Notes under the pieces: generated by a model
The model's input: the letters and a program-made list of their open reading frames with translations, nothing else
Databases searched by the model: none
What the model was told of the DNA's origin: nothing
In this document: in pieces, positions 1 through 12,595 of the stretch
How the letters are laid out: the number at the start of each line of letters is the position of its first letter
Numbering within the stretch: position 1 is the stretch's first letter
Translations under genes and position numbers: made by a program
Source: Gekko japonicus
Lineage: Eukaryota
Reading direction: 5' to 3'
Assembly (NCBI RefSeq): GCF_001447785.1
Contig: NW_015162057.1
Location: forward strand, 32,515 to 91,948
Length of the DNA: 59,434 nt

Positions 1-234
1 CAGTGGCACCTTTAAGACCAAGTTTTGTTCAGGTACAAGCTCTCCCTCCTCTGCGAGGACAGATCTGCACATTCCCCCCCCCCAATAGCTAGCAATCCAA
101 AACAGTCCAGTGGAGCCTGAGCGGTGGTGGATGTTGCCTTCTGACACACTTCCAGTGATGTCAGGGGGTGTGGCATATGCAAATAAGTTATGGTAATGAG
201 CTCCTGCACCTCTTTTTCTACGAAATGACCCCTG
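1..234. mobile_element. hAT-type MITE family A, partial (right end)
   Basis: Ends in the TIR GAAATGACCCCTG followed by CTTGTACA, the same flank as the 4596-4994 copy. Confidence 0.8.
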
Positions 235-2289
235 CTTGTACACCATTTAACAAATAGAAAATGAGCTGTAGGTAGATGGGCAAAAGAGTCCTCCTTTCCC
301 CTTTAAACAGCGTCACCGTTTTACCCATGGCCCCTATCTAAGTTGGGCCTCTGCTTGGCTGTAACTACCCCTTAAGAGGTGACAGATTCATGGTTTTGAT
401 AATGTCTGCTTTAACAATAAGACCACCTGGTGTGTTCAGAAGAGACCGAGAGCAAGACAAGTTGGACCCATGGATGTTATAATACCTAGCTTGGCCTAAG
501 CGAGTGACTATTTAGAAGTTCAACCATTTAATTTTGCTTAACAAGCTAAGCTGTATGAAGAAAGAAGATGCAATTAAACTCAAGTCACCTTTGAATCCAA
601 GAGAGAGAAGGCGGCTGAAATGGAGTGTTTCATTTCATAGTTACAAGCAGAGGATGTATCTAATTTGGCTGGTTACAAGGCATCAGTTTTTAATATAGCA
701 TTTTTTTCTGCACCATGTTGATAGAGTTCAAAAAAAAAATTCAGGCTGAAGGGTAAGAAGTTTATTCTGGCACCTGTTTATCCTTGTTCCCGAGCATGCA
801 TGTGGTTTGTGAGTGAGGCCTTAACAGCAGATGGACAAACGAGGATTCCAGCTGCGTGAGGTTGTGAATAGGTATTACATGTTGCCTAGAACCAGAAATG
901 GAGGAAGTTCTATATTGGTATTAAATGAGCTTAAATAATCCAGTTCATTACAGGTTGCTGTTCTGCTTCAGTTGTTGTGATAATGTGGCTCTCAAAGTGT
1001 TTTGAGGTCAAAAGTGCCAGAAGTAGTGGTGGATGTGCTATTTCTGAGAAGCTGATTGTAACTGGGTTTCTTTGTCTCTAAGGATTTTTTTAATGCCAGC
1101 CCAGACTCTGTCAGAATTGTCCCCTCTTTCCCCTCCTCTAAAGCCTTTACCTTTAAGAGTCGCAAAAGAGCCTAATCGCAGATCTCCTGCTCCAATTGGA
1201 ATTGTGCCCTAAGAATCCTGCTAACCTGGAAATCTTGTGTGGCTGTATGTTTATGCCAGTCTGTAGGCTGAATCTTAGAACTGGCACGAAGGCAAATAAT
1301 GTGCAATTTACAGCATCTTCCAAGGTACAGGCCCCATGTTGCATCTGCACCAGCCTTTTGAATATTCAGAAGTGGTAGCTGTATTCCCTTCCCACTAAAT
1401 GTTGGCCTGCTATAATTGAAAAAAAAATTGTGCCTGCCCACAGGCATCCAAGTAGTTCTAGCATTGCCTTCTCCTAAACATGCTTTATGGGGAAAGGGTT
1501 TTTAATAGAAAATCATGCAGGCCTGTCAGGTTCCACCTGCAGACTAAGGGGACAGAACCCACATTGAGGTGTATCACCTCAGCCTTTAGTATGTTTTGGA
1601 TCACTTTTAGGTTTCCAACTAAGCTCTAATGGCAGTATGTAAAGCAGAAGAAACAAAAGGCATGTTTAGAGTGGCTGAGCTGAATTCTGTGGGGCAAGAA
1701 AAATGACTGAAGATTAAGGGCCTGAACAGGTTTGTCAAGTTCCCTTATGTTTCCTGAATGATAAACTATGAGGAAACAACGGGAATTACTGTCTGGGGAA
1801 AGCTCTTATGCCAACCAGTAGTGGCTGGATCATTGCTCATGCTGCTTTTATATATACCGCACAGCAGTAGTAAGTTTCTTTTGCAGGGGGGTGTGTTATG
1901 TGTTTATGCACAAATGTGAAAGTTGATGAGTTAAGAATTTTGTCAAGCTGGTGATTGAGGGCTTCAGAAGCTTGCATGCTGGTTGCTGCCAAACACTGCT
2001 GGTGAATACACTGACTGCATGTCAATTAACTGACTGTGCATATCATGCCATTATGGACGCTGTCCCTGGGATTAACTGAATATTCTGTAGCCTGTTGTCT
2101 GTCTTCTGTTTAGGTAGCTCTATACATTTAGAACTGGAGTGCAAATGAAAAGCAGTGTGTAAGATTAAGAATCGGCACATGCAAAAATGGGAAACATCCA
2201 AGCCTGTTCTCTCCCCCCCCCGCCCCGCAAAGATGCTCCTTCCCTGTGTAATATTATCAAGAATATTTAGCTATACTGAACTTTTGGAC

Positions 2290-3230
2290 TGGTTTTGGAC
2301 CACTTCAGTCTGCTCTCCCAGGACGAAGGTGACAAGATCCTGATAGCTGTTAAGCCTACTAGATTCCTGCCCATCGTGACTGGTTAAGGCCTGCGGCAAT
2401 AAGGTGCGGCTCCCTCTGAGGGAGATTATTAATCTGTCTCTTTCAACGGGGACCTTCCCAGAGGGTCTGAAGGAGGTGGTAGTTCGCCCTCTCCTTAAGA
2501 AATCTTCTTTTGGACCCAATGGTCCTCAATAACTACCGCCCAGTGTCCAATCTACCATTCCTGGGTAAGGTGGTAGAGAGGGCAGTGGCAACACAATTTC
2601 AGGTGTTCTTGGATGAGGCTAAGGTCCTGGATCCCTTCCAGTCTGGCTTTCGCCCCACCCACGGGACAGGGACAGTGCTGGTCACCCTGGTAGATGATCT
2701 CCGGAGACATCTGGATCGAGGTGGTTCGGCGCTGCTGATTCTTCTCCATCTTTCGGCAGCGTTCGATATGGTGGACCATGAGGTGTTAACCCACCGCCTC
2801 GCCGACACTGGGATACGGGGGCTTGCCTTTTAATGGCTAGCTTCCTTCATTCAGGGTCGGGGACAGAGGGTGGCACTTGGGGGGGAGTTATCCCAGCACC
2901 ACCCACTAGAATGTGGCGTTCCACAGGGAGCGATCCTCTCCCCCATGCTGTTTAATATCTTTATGCGCCCCCTCACCCAGATTATATGGAGATATGGGCT
3001 GGGTTGTCACCAGTATGCGAATGACACCCAGCTCTATCTACTGATTGATGGCCACCCAGATATGGCCCCAGGACATCTTGACGAGTTGTTACAGGCCGTG
3101 GCTGGATGGTTACAACAGAGCCGACTGAAGTTAAATCCATCTAAAACGGAGGTCCTGTACCTGAGTCGTGGGGGATTAGGTCAGGGGATCAGGCTCCCAA
3201 CCTTTGACGGGGCTCCATTGGTGCCTACAT
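2290..3230 (+). mobile_element. L2-clade LINE reverse transcriptase fragment (degenerate)
   Basis: ORFs 2510..2833 and 2870..3304: NYRPVSNLPFLGKVVE, DPFQSGFRP, LSAAFDMVDH, GVPQGAILSP, HQYANDTQLY (YADD variant), LKLNPSKTE; internal stops; ends approximate. Confidence 0.9.
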
Positions 3231-4595
3231 TGATCACTCAGAAAGGTTATTCTGCATGTCATGAGACCCATAAGGACAAAAGCCATGTGAGACAGGGGCT
3301 GTAGTAAGTAGTGGAGTTGAGCAGGATTGAGTAGCAAAGCTGGCTGGATCCACCTCGCTATTTGTAGTATCTTTAGAAGTATAAAAAGGGAGTTGAGATC
3401 TCTTGATCCTGGTCTGATGGAGATCTTGCCAGTTTCTTGAAATAATTCTGTTTGTCATGCAAGCTTAGAACATACACAGTTATGTTAAACATGTGGGCTG
3501 GCCCCAACAATTGGCTCACTGACTAGAACTTGACAAACTAGGAAATATCATGTGATTTCCATATCGACATATGAAACAGACTCAAACAGGGAGCAACTCT
3601 TCAGTTTCAGACATCCATCATTTAAGATCCTTTGACTAGAGATGCAAGATATTGAATCTAGGATCATCTGCTTCAGATGTTCATCCATCGAGTCGTGGTC
3701 ACTATCTGCGGGATCGGATAGTGCTTCCAATTGGCTGATGGAGTTATTAGACACAGCAGCTTCGACTATTTGTGTGATTGGTTCAGGTATAGTTAATGAT
3801 ATTGCTCCTGTCAGTTCCGTGAATGCTGGTTAAGATGCTAAAAATATGAATCATCCAAAAGTGTAAATTTTTGAAGAGGCTGGTAAAGCTGTGGGCAATG
3901 GTGGATTAGCCATGATAATCTGAAATTAGGTTTGATGTGACAAGGGTAGGGAGACTTGAAAAGGCCTTTTAAAACAGTCCCACTGTGGTGAAGATGTTTA
4001 GTACTACCAAAGTAATACTCTTATTCACAGCTGATGAACGTCTATATACAGCTTCATTGTTCTCCTTTTGGTGGCCTAGCTGTGCATTTATAGATCCTCT
4101 TACCCACCCTGTTCTAGAGACTAGACACAATCTGGGAGTTCTGTGTTGAAAACTTAATTCTTAGAGATATATGGACCTAACCTGGATCAGGATGGTGAGG
4201 GGATATTTTTGGCCTAAAATGGCTCTGGGTAGCCACTGTTTGCCCTGTTGTGGAAACTTGCATGTAGCCTTCCTTTCCCTGCCATCCTGACCCAAACTGG
4301 GCTTGGGCATCAAGTTCTGGCCATGGGCACTCCTTGAGCATATCTGGTCTACAGGGCTGGAGTAGAAATGCAGGGGACATGAGAGGACTTTGTAACATAT
4401 AGTTAGGTCCCAAGTATTGTTGACTTTTGAAATAAAAATGACTGGGAATCATGAAAAGATGGACTGAGATAATCCATCGGAACAGACAGGTCCTTGGTAG
4501 ATCTGTGAGTGGATGTTGCCAGTGTCTTTTAAAGCACAATAACTGCTGTTTGAGCTGTTCAGGGAAGGACAAGGGGGTTTGACCTTACTTGTACA

Positions 4596-4994
4596 CAGGG
4601 GTCATTTCCTGCAGGAGTGCACAGGAGTGGAGCTTCGGCAGTAAAGAGCCCAGGGGGCGGGCACATGCAACAAGCCCCACCCCCTGCTCCCAGCAGCCCT
4701 CAGTCAGAGCAAGAAGCAGCCAGGTAAGTTGCAGAGCCCCCCCCGGCCCAAAACAGTCCAGTGGCACCTTTAAGACCAAGTTTTATTCAGGTACAAGCTC
4801 TCCCTCCTCTGCGAGGACAGATCTGCACGTTCTCCCCCCCCCCAATAGCTAGCAATCCAAAACAGTCCAGTGGAGCCTGAGCGGTGGTGGATGTTGCCTT
4901 CTGACACACTTCCAGTGATGTCAGGGGGTGTGGCATATGCAAATAAGTTATGGTAATGAGCTCCTGCACCTCTTTTTCTACAAAATGACCCCTG
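4596..4994. mobile_element. hAT-type MITE family A, full length
   Basis: TIRs CAGGGGTCATTT...AAATGACCCCTG; perfect 8-bp TSD CTTGTACA (4588-4595 and 4995-5002). Confidence 0.9.
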
Positions 4995-5825
4995 CTTGTA
5001 CACCATTTAACANNNNNNNNNNNNNNNNNNNNNNNNNNNNNNNNNNNNNNNNNNNNNNNNNNTTTCTAATTTGGCTGGTTACAAGGCATCAGTTTTTAAT
5101 ATAGCATTTTTTTCTGCACCATGTTGATAGAGTTCAAAAAAAAAAATTCAGGCTGAAGGGTAAGAAGTTTATTCTGGCACCTGTTTATCCTTGTTCCCGA
5201 GCATGCATGTGGTTTGTGAGTGAGGCCTTAACAGCAGATGGACAAACGAGGATTCCAGCTGCGTGAGGTTGTGAATAGGTATTACATGTTGCCTAGAACC
5301 AGAAATGGAGGAAGTTCTATATTGGTATTAAATGAGCTTAAATAATCCAGTTCATTACAGGTTGCTGTTCTGCTTCAGTTGTTGTGATAATGTGGCTCTC
5401 AAAGTGTTTTGAGGTCAAAAGTGCCAGAAGTAGTGGTGGATGTGCTATTTCTGAGAAGCTGATTGTAACTGGGTTTCTTTGTCTCTAAGGATTTTTTTAA
5501 TGCCAGCCCAGACTCCGTCAGAATTGTCCCCTCTTTCCCCTCCTCTAAAGCCTTTACCTTTAAGAGTCGCAAAAGAGCCTAATCGCAGATCTCCTGCTCC
5601 AATTGGAATTGTGCCCTAAGAATCCTGCTAACCTGGAAATCTTGTGTGGCTGTATGTTTATGCCAGTCTGTAGGCTGAATCTTAGAACTGGCACGAAGGC
5701 AAATAATGTGCAATTTACAGCATCTTCCAAGGTACAGGCCCCATGTTGCATCTGCACCAGCCTTTTGAATATTCAGAAGTGGTAGCTGTATTCCCTTCCC
5801 ACTAAATGTTGGCCTGCTATAATTG
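4759..5825 (+). repeat. Near-identical second copy of 1-1418, interrupted by an N-gap
   Basis: 1-252 matches 4759-5012 and about 657-1418 matches 5062-5825, with only a few SNP and homopolymer differences; identical ORFs appear twice in the track. Confidence 0.9.
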
Positions 5826-8249
5826 TTGAATATGTTTTTATTTGACAGCTGAAACTGCCAGATTTTGGGAGGGAGGGGTATGTCAGCAGTTTGCACCACA
5901 GCTTTGGGCTGTGACTCACCTACCCCACCTTGTCTAAGTCATAGAATTACGGACGGAATTCCTATCAAATTAGGCAGTTTAATTATTAGACGTTCTGGGT
6001 GGTGCCCACTCCAGAAACAATGTCATTGGTTGCCTGAAGTATCACTAATATCTGGTCTTTAGGGAATTCCCTTTTAAGATAACTATGGGAATGAACTTCA
6101 GAACATGGCAGGGCAACTGTTCACACCAGCACCATTTATCACACGCCTGTGGAACTTGTGACTCACTGGCCAAACCCACACTCAGCCCATTGTGTATCTG
6201 TGGTGGCTTAGCGGAAGCTCAGAATGCTGCTTGTCTGGGAAGGAGAAAACTATGAGTGATTGTGTTGTTAAGCACCTGACAGGCCACAGGAGGTGGACTG
6301 TGTCTGAGTACATGGGTCATTGGCAGCGTAATCCTATGAAGAGTTGCTGCAGTGTAAAGTCCATTGATATCAAATTTGCATGAACTGTGCAGGACTTATC
6401 AGGACTTATCTAACATTCTTCTAAAAGGACTGGTAAATAAAGCCAAAAGTTAAATAAGAAAACGGGAAAGGTGAATGAATGTGCCAGTTACTGAAATGCA
6501 AGCAGACTGGGTCAAGGACTGGGTCAGGTTTTTACACATCTTAAGTTATTATGTTAAACAACAAAGTCTTGTGGCACCTTTAGAGACTAGCAAACTGACT
6601 GTGCAATGGTATGCATAATTACTCCAGTGTATTGATTTCAGCAGGGCTCAGAATGGAGTAAGTTTGCACAGGACTGCCATGTGTGACATTACTGGAGATA
6701 TTGGTCATTTTACAGTCTGGCTCCCTAGCTTGTGAAGTAGTGATCTGTCTGGTGTCTGCTGCTACTCAAAGGGACAGGTGATTAATGGCACAGCTTTTCC
6801 TTCTGATTGTATGAAATCCTTCCATAGTGTTGAGAACTAAATGTGGTCTAAAGAGCAGTAGGCATTCTTTTCTTAACTCTTTTGCTAGGGCAGGCAACCA
6901 CAGACTGACCTCTCTACACAGCTTTCTCTTCTGTTTCTTCTGTTGTGCAGTATTATTCTTAAAATATCCTTTCTGGGTAAATACCCAGCAAGCCCTGTAC
7001 ATTGGCCACTAGTGTGACGATGTGGGGTGGTGAGAAAGGAAGGGACAGAAGTTTTCTTCCATTGTACTAATATGGCGGTCAGGGTCAAAACGTCTAGTTT
7101 GCTTGCATATTATATCTGAACTACCAAGAGACCATTTAGAGGCCTGATCCTTTAAAGGACTTATGCAGGTCTATACATCCTGCATGGTTAAACAAATCAG
7201 TTTTCTTGTGAGGAATTTGAGAATCTACTGCTAAATTTTGAATTCCATCTCTGTTGAGTGCTCTACAGAATCCCTGGAAGTGTCCATTTTAATGCTGTAC
7301 GCATCTCCTTATGTGAAGCAAATCATTCCGGACCATCTGAGGGGACTTCATTTTTCCAGTGTTCATAGAATTTATTTTGTTGTGTCTTCAAGATGTGGTA
7401 AATGATCATGCCGTTTTTATCATGTTACTGTTAAGTAACCATTTCAAGTTGTATTGTATTAATTTTTCTCTATAAAGAAAGAACTTAATGATTGTGAACC
7501 TGAGTTCCTTGCTGTGGGCCCTAGTTTTCCTTCAGCCAACTGTTCCGTCTCAAAAGTACGCATTATACTTGGTGAACAAACGTAGACAAATAGATGGCTT
7601 TCTGCTAGCTTTCCTTGCAAAATTGACAGCTAAGTGAGTGTATACTCTCTACCTCTTGGTCATTAGTGCAGTTCAGATGTTGACTATCAAATTAACATAG
7701 AAAGATAAAGTAAACACATAGCATATTGATATAGAAACAGAACACTGTTTCATACTTGAATCAAAGCTGTAAAAGCTTTCAATAAAACCTTGCTTCCAAA
7801 CAAAAACAATTGAAGCTTGCTGAATGCTAATGGGATTAGATAAAAAAAGGCAAAGGATATAAAAGCTTGAACAGTATGGCCAACTACTGATTTCTAATAA
7901 AAGTGCTAACATGTCACTCTCCACAAAAAACCCTCCACCATAACCTACCTGTTTTCCAGTTTATTTAGTCAACAGTTACATCTGGTACAAGAGCAACTCC
8001 TATGTGTGGTTTCTATGTAGCTGTTTAACTCAAGGAAAGTTCAATTTGGGGGCAATATTGGGGATCGACTTTTTTCAGCAGATCCCAGATTCAGCTTTAA
8101 AATTACTTCCCTTTCAACTATTTGTGAAGTTTCTTATTTGAGTACCTTGAATCCCAACCCAGGCATTGGTTTTCGATGTAAAACCCAGTAAACTCATGTG
8201 GGTTATTTGCAGGAGTTGCCTAAAGCAGCACTTCGATAAGCCTAATGAG

Positions 8250-8425
8250 CAGGGGTCGTTTCGTAGAAAAAGAGCTAGGGGAACTCATTAGCATAACTCA
8301 TTAGCATATGCCACACCCCTTGACATCACCGGAAGTGTGTCATAAGGCCACACCCCTTGACATCACCGGAAGTGTGTCATAAGGCCACACCCCTTGACAT
8401 CACCGGAAGTGTGTCATAAGGCCAC
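8250..8425. mobile_element. hAT MITE (family A-related) end with internal ~38-bp tandem repeats, cut by gap
   Basis: Starts CAGGGGTCGTTTCGTAGAAAAAGAG; CCACACCCCTTGACATCACCGGAAGTGTGTCATAAGG repeated three times. Confidence 0.75.
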
Positions 8426-8646
8426 NNNNNNNNNNNNNNNNNNNNNNNNNNNNNNNNNNNNNNNNNNNNNNNNNNNNNNNNNNNNNNNNNNNNNNNNNNN
8501 NNNNNNNNNNNNNNNNNNNNNNNNNNNNNNNNNNNNNNNNNNNNNNNNNNNNNNNNNNNNNNNNNNNNNNNNNNNNNNNNNNNNNNNNNNNNNNNNNNNN
8601 NNNNNNNNNNNNNNNNNNAAAGCCTTCCATAGTGTTGAGAACTAAA

Positions 8647-9029
8647 TCTATATATCTAATAGTGAACTTGCCCCCGGAGTGCGGATCGCTAAATCAGCGC
8701 TCTGGAGGCAGCTGGGGGGCCGGGGGAGGTTTGGGCACACGTGGGCCAGTCCCCACGTGTGCACAAAAATAAAAAAATGTTTAAATCCCCCTGAAAGTGC
8801 AAGAGCATCTCCTGCGCGTGCGCAGGAGACACTCTGCGAACGCTGCCGCCGCCGCCTCCTCCTCGGATCCGGCAGGCTGGCCGGGTGGGTAGGGAGGGAG
8901 GGCGGGGAAGACAGGCCTCGCTGCCGCCGCCGCCTCCTCCCCGGAGCCAGCAGGCAGGGAGGGCAGGCGGGCGGGGGAAGACAGGCCTTGCTGCCACCAC
9001 CGCCCCCTCCCCGGAGGACATACCCCTCC
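8647..9029 (+). mobile_element. Putative non-autonomous Helitron 5' part with GC-rich internal tandem repeats
   Basis: Begins TCTATATATCTAATAG at an A|T site whose empty version is at 6841|6842; no TSD; (GCC)n-rich ~70-bp repeats; no 3' CTAG end seen. Confidence 0.5.
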
Positions 9030-9669
9030 CTCTCTACCTCTTGGTCATTAGTGCAGTTCAGATGTTGACTATCAAATTAACATAGAAAGATAAAGTAAAC
9101 AAATAGCATATTGATATAGAAACAGAACACTGTTTCATACTTCAATCAAAGCTGTAAAAGCTTTCAATAAAATCTTGCTTCCAAACAAAAACAATTGAAG
9201 CTTGCTGAATGCTAATGGGATTAGATAAAAAAAGGCAAAGAATATAAAAGCTTGAACAGTATGGCCAACTACTGATTTCTAATAAAAGTGCTAACATGTC
9301 ACTCTCCGCAAAAAACCCTCCACCATAACCTACCTATTTTCCAGTTTATTTAGTCACAGTTACATCTGGTACAAGAGCAACTCTTATGTGTGGTTTCCAT
9401 GTAGCTTTTTAACTCAAGGCAAGTTCCATGTAGCTTCCATGTAGCTTTTTAACTCAAGGCAAGTTCCATTTGGGGGCAATATTGGGGATCGACTTTTTTC
9501 AGCAGATCCCAGATTCAGCTTTAAAATTCCCTTTCAACTTTTTGTGAAGTTTCTTACTTGAGTACCTTGAATCCCAACCCAGGTATTGGTTTTCGATGTA
9601 AAACCCAGTGAACTCATGTGGGTTATTTGCAGGAGTTACCTAAAGCAGCACTTCGATAAGCCTAATGAG
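9030..9669 (+). repeat. Second copy of 7645-8249
   Basis: Alignable by eye throughout with scattered SNPs and a small internal tandem duplication near 9395-9468; lacks the MITE present at 8250. Confidence 0.9.
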
Positions 9670-10169
9670 TGAAGTGCTCACCATCAATCAAACATGGAAG
9701 CAATTATGTTTTTATTTTACACTATCCTGCCTGCCTGTCACTTATAAGGGAGCCAAGGCAATTGTATAAGCAGAATCCCCTGCCAATAGCACACCTGTGA
9801 ATGCTAGACCACAATGTATTATTATTATTTTAAGTTACCAATATGCATTTTCACTATTGAAAGTTTGATTTGCTACTTCAAGTGGTGAAACAGACAGATC
9901 CTCTGCTTCATCCTCTGAAGCAGTTTAAAGAAAGGTAGGAACTGAATGTTTTGGTGTTTTATGGTAAAAGTGGCTGCCTAGGCTTCCAAACAAATTTAGA
10001 AAAGGCTTTAGTGTGTTGTCATTGGGTACAGACACAACCACTTTGAAGTATTCTGATACATATCATATGGTAGCCTGTTAACTGCCTAACTACATGGCTT
10101 CTGATCATTAATTTCACCCAGTGAAAGTAGCCCAGCCTACCAGAGAAGGAATAGTTCCTCTTGATGGCA

Positions 10170-10325
10170 GATCACAGCTGACTTTTGGCAAGAAACATTC
10201 AGAGGTGGTTTACCATTGCTTGCCTCCATGTCATGACCCTGGTATCCCTTGGCGATCTCCTATCCAAATTTTCGCCAAGGCCGGTGCTGCTTAGCTTCTG
10301 AGATCTGGCAAGATCGGGCTATCCA
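10170..10325 (-). mobile_element. 5S rRNA-derived SINE (5S-Sauria-like), degenerate
   Basis: Reverse strand reads GCCCGATCTTGCCAGATCTCAGAAGCTAAGCAG, similar to the 5S rRNA internal promoter region. Confidence 0.65.
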
Positions 10326-11481
10326 TTCACGCTAGCTCGGTCCAAAACCGTGATAAGGGGTGAGCTGATAAGGCCCTTGAGTTTTATTTTCATTTCTGTG
10401 TGGTGTCGATTACATTTTCCCCCATTTGCCTTTTTCCTCATTTGCATTTGTTCTACCTGATTATTCTATTACGCATTTGTATGCAATGGTTGCTGGAAAA
10501 AGTTAATGCATTTTTTCCTATGGGCAGAAAGATGGCATGAGAAAGTTTTATGTAGAAACGATACTGAGATTAGGTTAGTCAGATGAGGTCAAAGAGCCTT
10601 TGAAGTTCAGTCTCATGTCTGATAGCAATACACATAAAATAGGGATACTTCCAGAGCCAATTAATTAATTGCCTCAGGGAAAGGACAGTCTCTGAAAAAC
10701 CTCTTCTAAGGCTTTTTTCCCCCTGAACTGTGTGCAACGGTGAACTAGTACTAGTCTCTAGCATGCCATGGGAAATAATCAGTTAACAGTTAAACAATGA
10801 GAGGATCCTATGAAGCCAAATATTCACCCACAGTGAGGTCCATACTGCACCTCAGTGATTAATTGCTGTGGCCATTCCTCCTTCCGCTCAGCCTCTACCA
10901 TGGGTGGGCAATTCTGCTATTTCCAAATCCCCACACTGCAAGCATTTTTATTCACTTGTTCTGATACAGCCATGCAACAGGGGTGCCTGTCCTTGAAAGG
11001 TGTTGTGGCTCTGCATGTGTAATTCCTTGAAATTAGGCTTGGTTTGTGGGCAATTGAACACCATATTTATTTTTCCAATTATGGGGGGCGGGGGAGCATC
11101 AGAACTGTGCATGGGAGGTAGCAGTGAGCCCCGAAGCCCGATGACATCCAAAGCTCATTCCTGTATTCATATTGGTTTGTCGTTGTATCCAAATGTCACC
11201 AGAACTTCCCCTTGTAGTGGGCACACTTTTTCCCCTAGAAACTTTCAAGAAGCATTGTCAGATGACTGCATGTCCATTTTATTACCAGCTGGTGACACAT
11301 CTTTAGCGTGTAATACCATTCTTCATTTCCTAGTGGCAGTGAAGCAAGTGGTGTTGGAACCGTCTTACATATTGGTTATATAACAAGCTGCCCTCAACAC
11401 ATCATTGGTGTTAGTCTGTAGAGGCCAATACTCTACATTGGGGCAACTAGTTCGACTGGAGTGATTCTCCTAACCTGCTTC

Positions 11482-12595
11482 TATTTATTTATTTATTTTA
11501 TTTATACCCTGCCCTCCCCGCGAGTGGGCTCAGGGTGGCTTACATATTACATAATTGGTCTGTAAGTGGCCATTCATTCACATAAAACCAGTTTAAAATT
11601 CAATTACAATAAAACAAGAATCTCATAAAGTGCTAGTGCTGAAACATCAGATACATAAGATGGCCTGCTGGAAATGCCATACCGCCAGACAGTTTGCCAC
11701 TCAATGATCTTCCTAAACACAGTGGTAGAGGCCAGATGTTAAAACTACGAGCCAGCTCATTGGTAATAGTGGGTGCAGCTCCTAGTTGAAAGCCTGGTGG
11801 AAGAGCTCCATCTTGCAGGCCCTGCAGAACTGTATAAGATCTCGCAGGGCCCTGATCTCCTCTGGGAGCTCATTCCACCAGTACGGAGCCACCACTGAAA
11901 AAGCCCTGGCCCTGGTGGTGGCGAGCCTGGCATCCTTGGGGCCCAGCAGGGCCATTCAGTTCTGGGACCCCAACTTCAGTGCTCTCTGGGGTATATATGG
12001 GGAAAGTCAGACCCTGGCCATATAGAGCTTTAAAGGTAAGCACCAGCACCTTGAAACGAATTCGGTATGCTATTGGCAGCCAGTGCAGCACCTTCAGCAC
12101 AGGCTGGATGTGTTCCCATCTGGGAAGACCCATCAAAAGCCTGGCCGTGGCATTCTGCACTAGCTGCAGCTTCAAAATTTGCAACAGGGGCAGCCCCATG
12201 TAGAGAGCATTACAGTAGTCTAGTCTCGAGGTGACCGTCGAATGGATCACCGTAGCAAGGTCATCGCGGCTGAGGAAGGAAACAACTGCCTGATCAGCCG
12301 AAGATGGTAAAAGGCCGACCTGGCAGTGGCTGCCACCTGGGCCTCCATTGTTAAGGAGGAATCCAGGAGCACTCCCAAGCTCCTAACCTCCGGCGCTGGC
12401 ACCAATAGCGCCCCACCGAAGGTCGGGAGTAGGGTCCCTCCTCCCAGCCCGCTCCGACTCACGTACAGGACCTCTGTCTTCATCGGATTCGGCTTCAGCC
12501 GGCTTAGCCTAAGCCAACCAGACATGGCTTGTAGTGCCCGGTCCAGATCTTCTGGTCTGGAGCCCGACTGGCCGCCCAACATCAGATAGAGCTGA
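11482..12595 (-). mobile_element. L2-clade LINE 3' portion
   Basis: ORFs 12247..12708 and 11870..12250: RSLGVLLDSSLTM, VTSRLDYCNALYMGLP, KLQLVQNATARLL, LHWLPIAYRIRFKVL; 3' UTR ends in an (AAAT)n tail at about 11482-11505. Confidence 0.9.

Noticed and set aside
8310-8425. Regularly spaced ~38-bp repeats resembling a CRISPR array
   Set aside because: Head-to-tail repeats without unique spacers, inside a eukaryotic MITE; no cas genes.
8679-9085. GC-rich CpG-island-like segment and Arg/Pro-rich ORFs, a possible internal promoter
   Set aside because: Absent from the other copy of the locus (6841|6842), so it is an insertion with low-complexity repeats.
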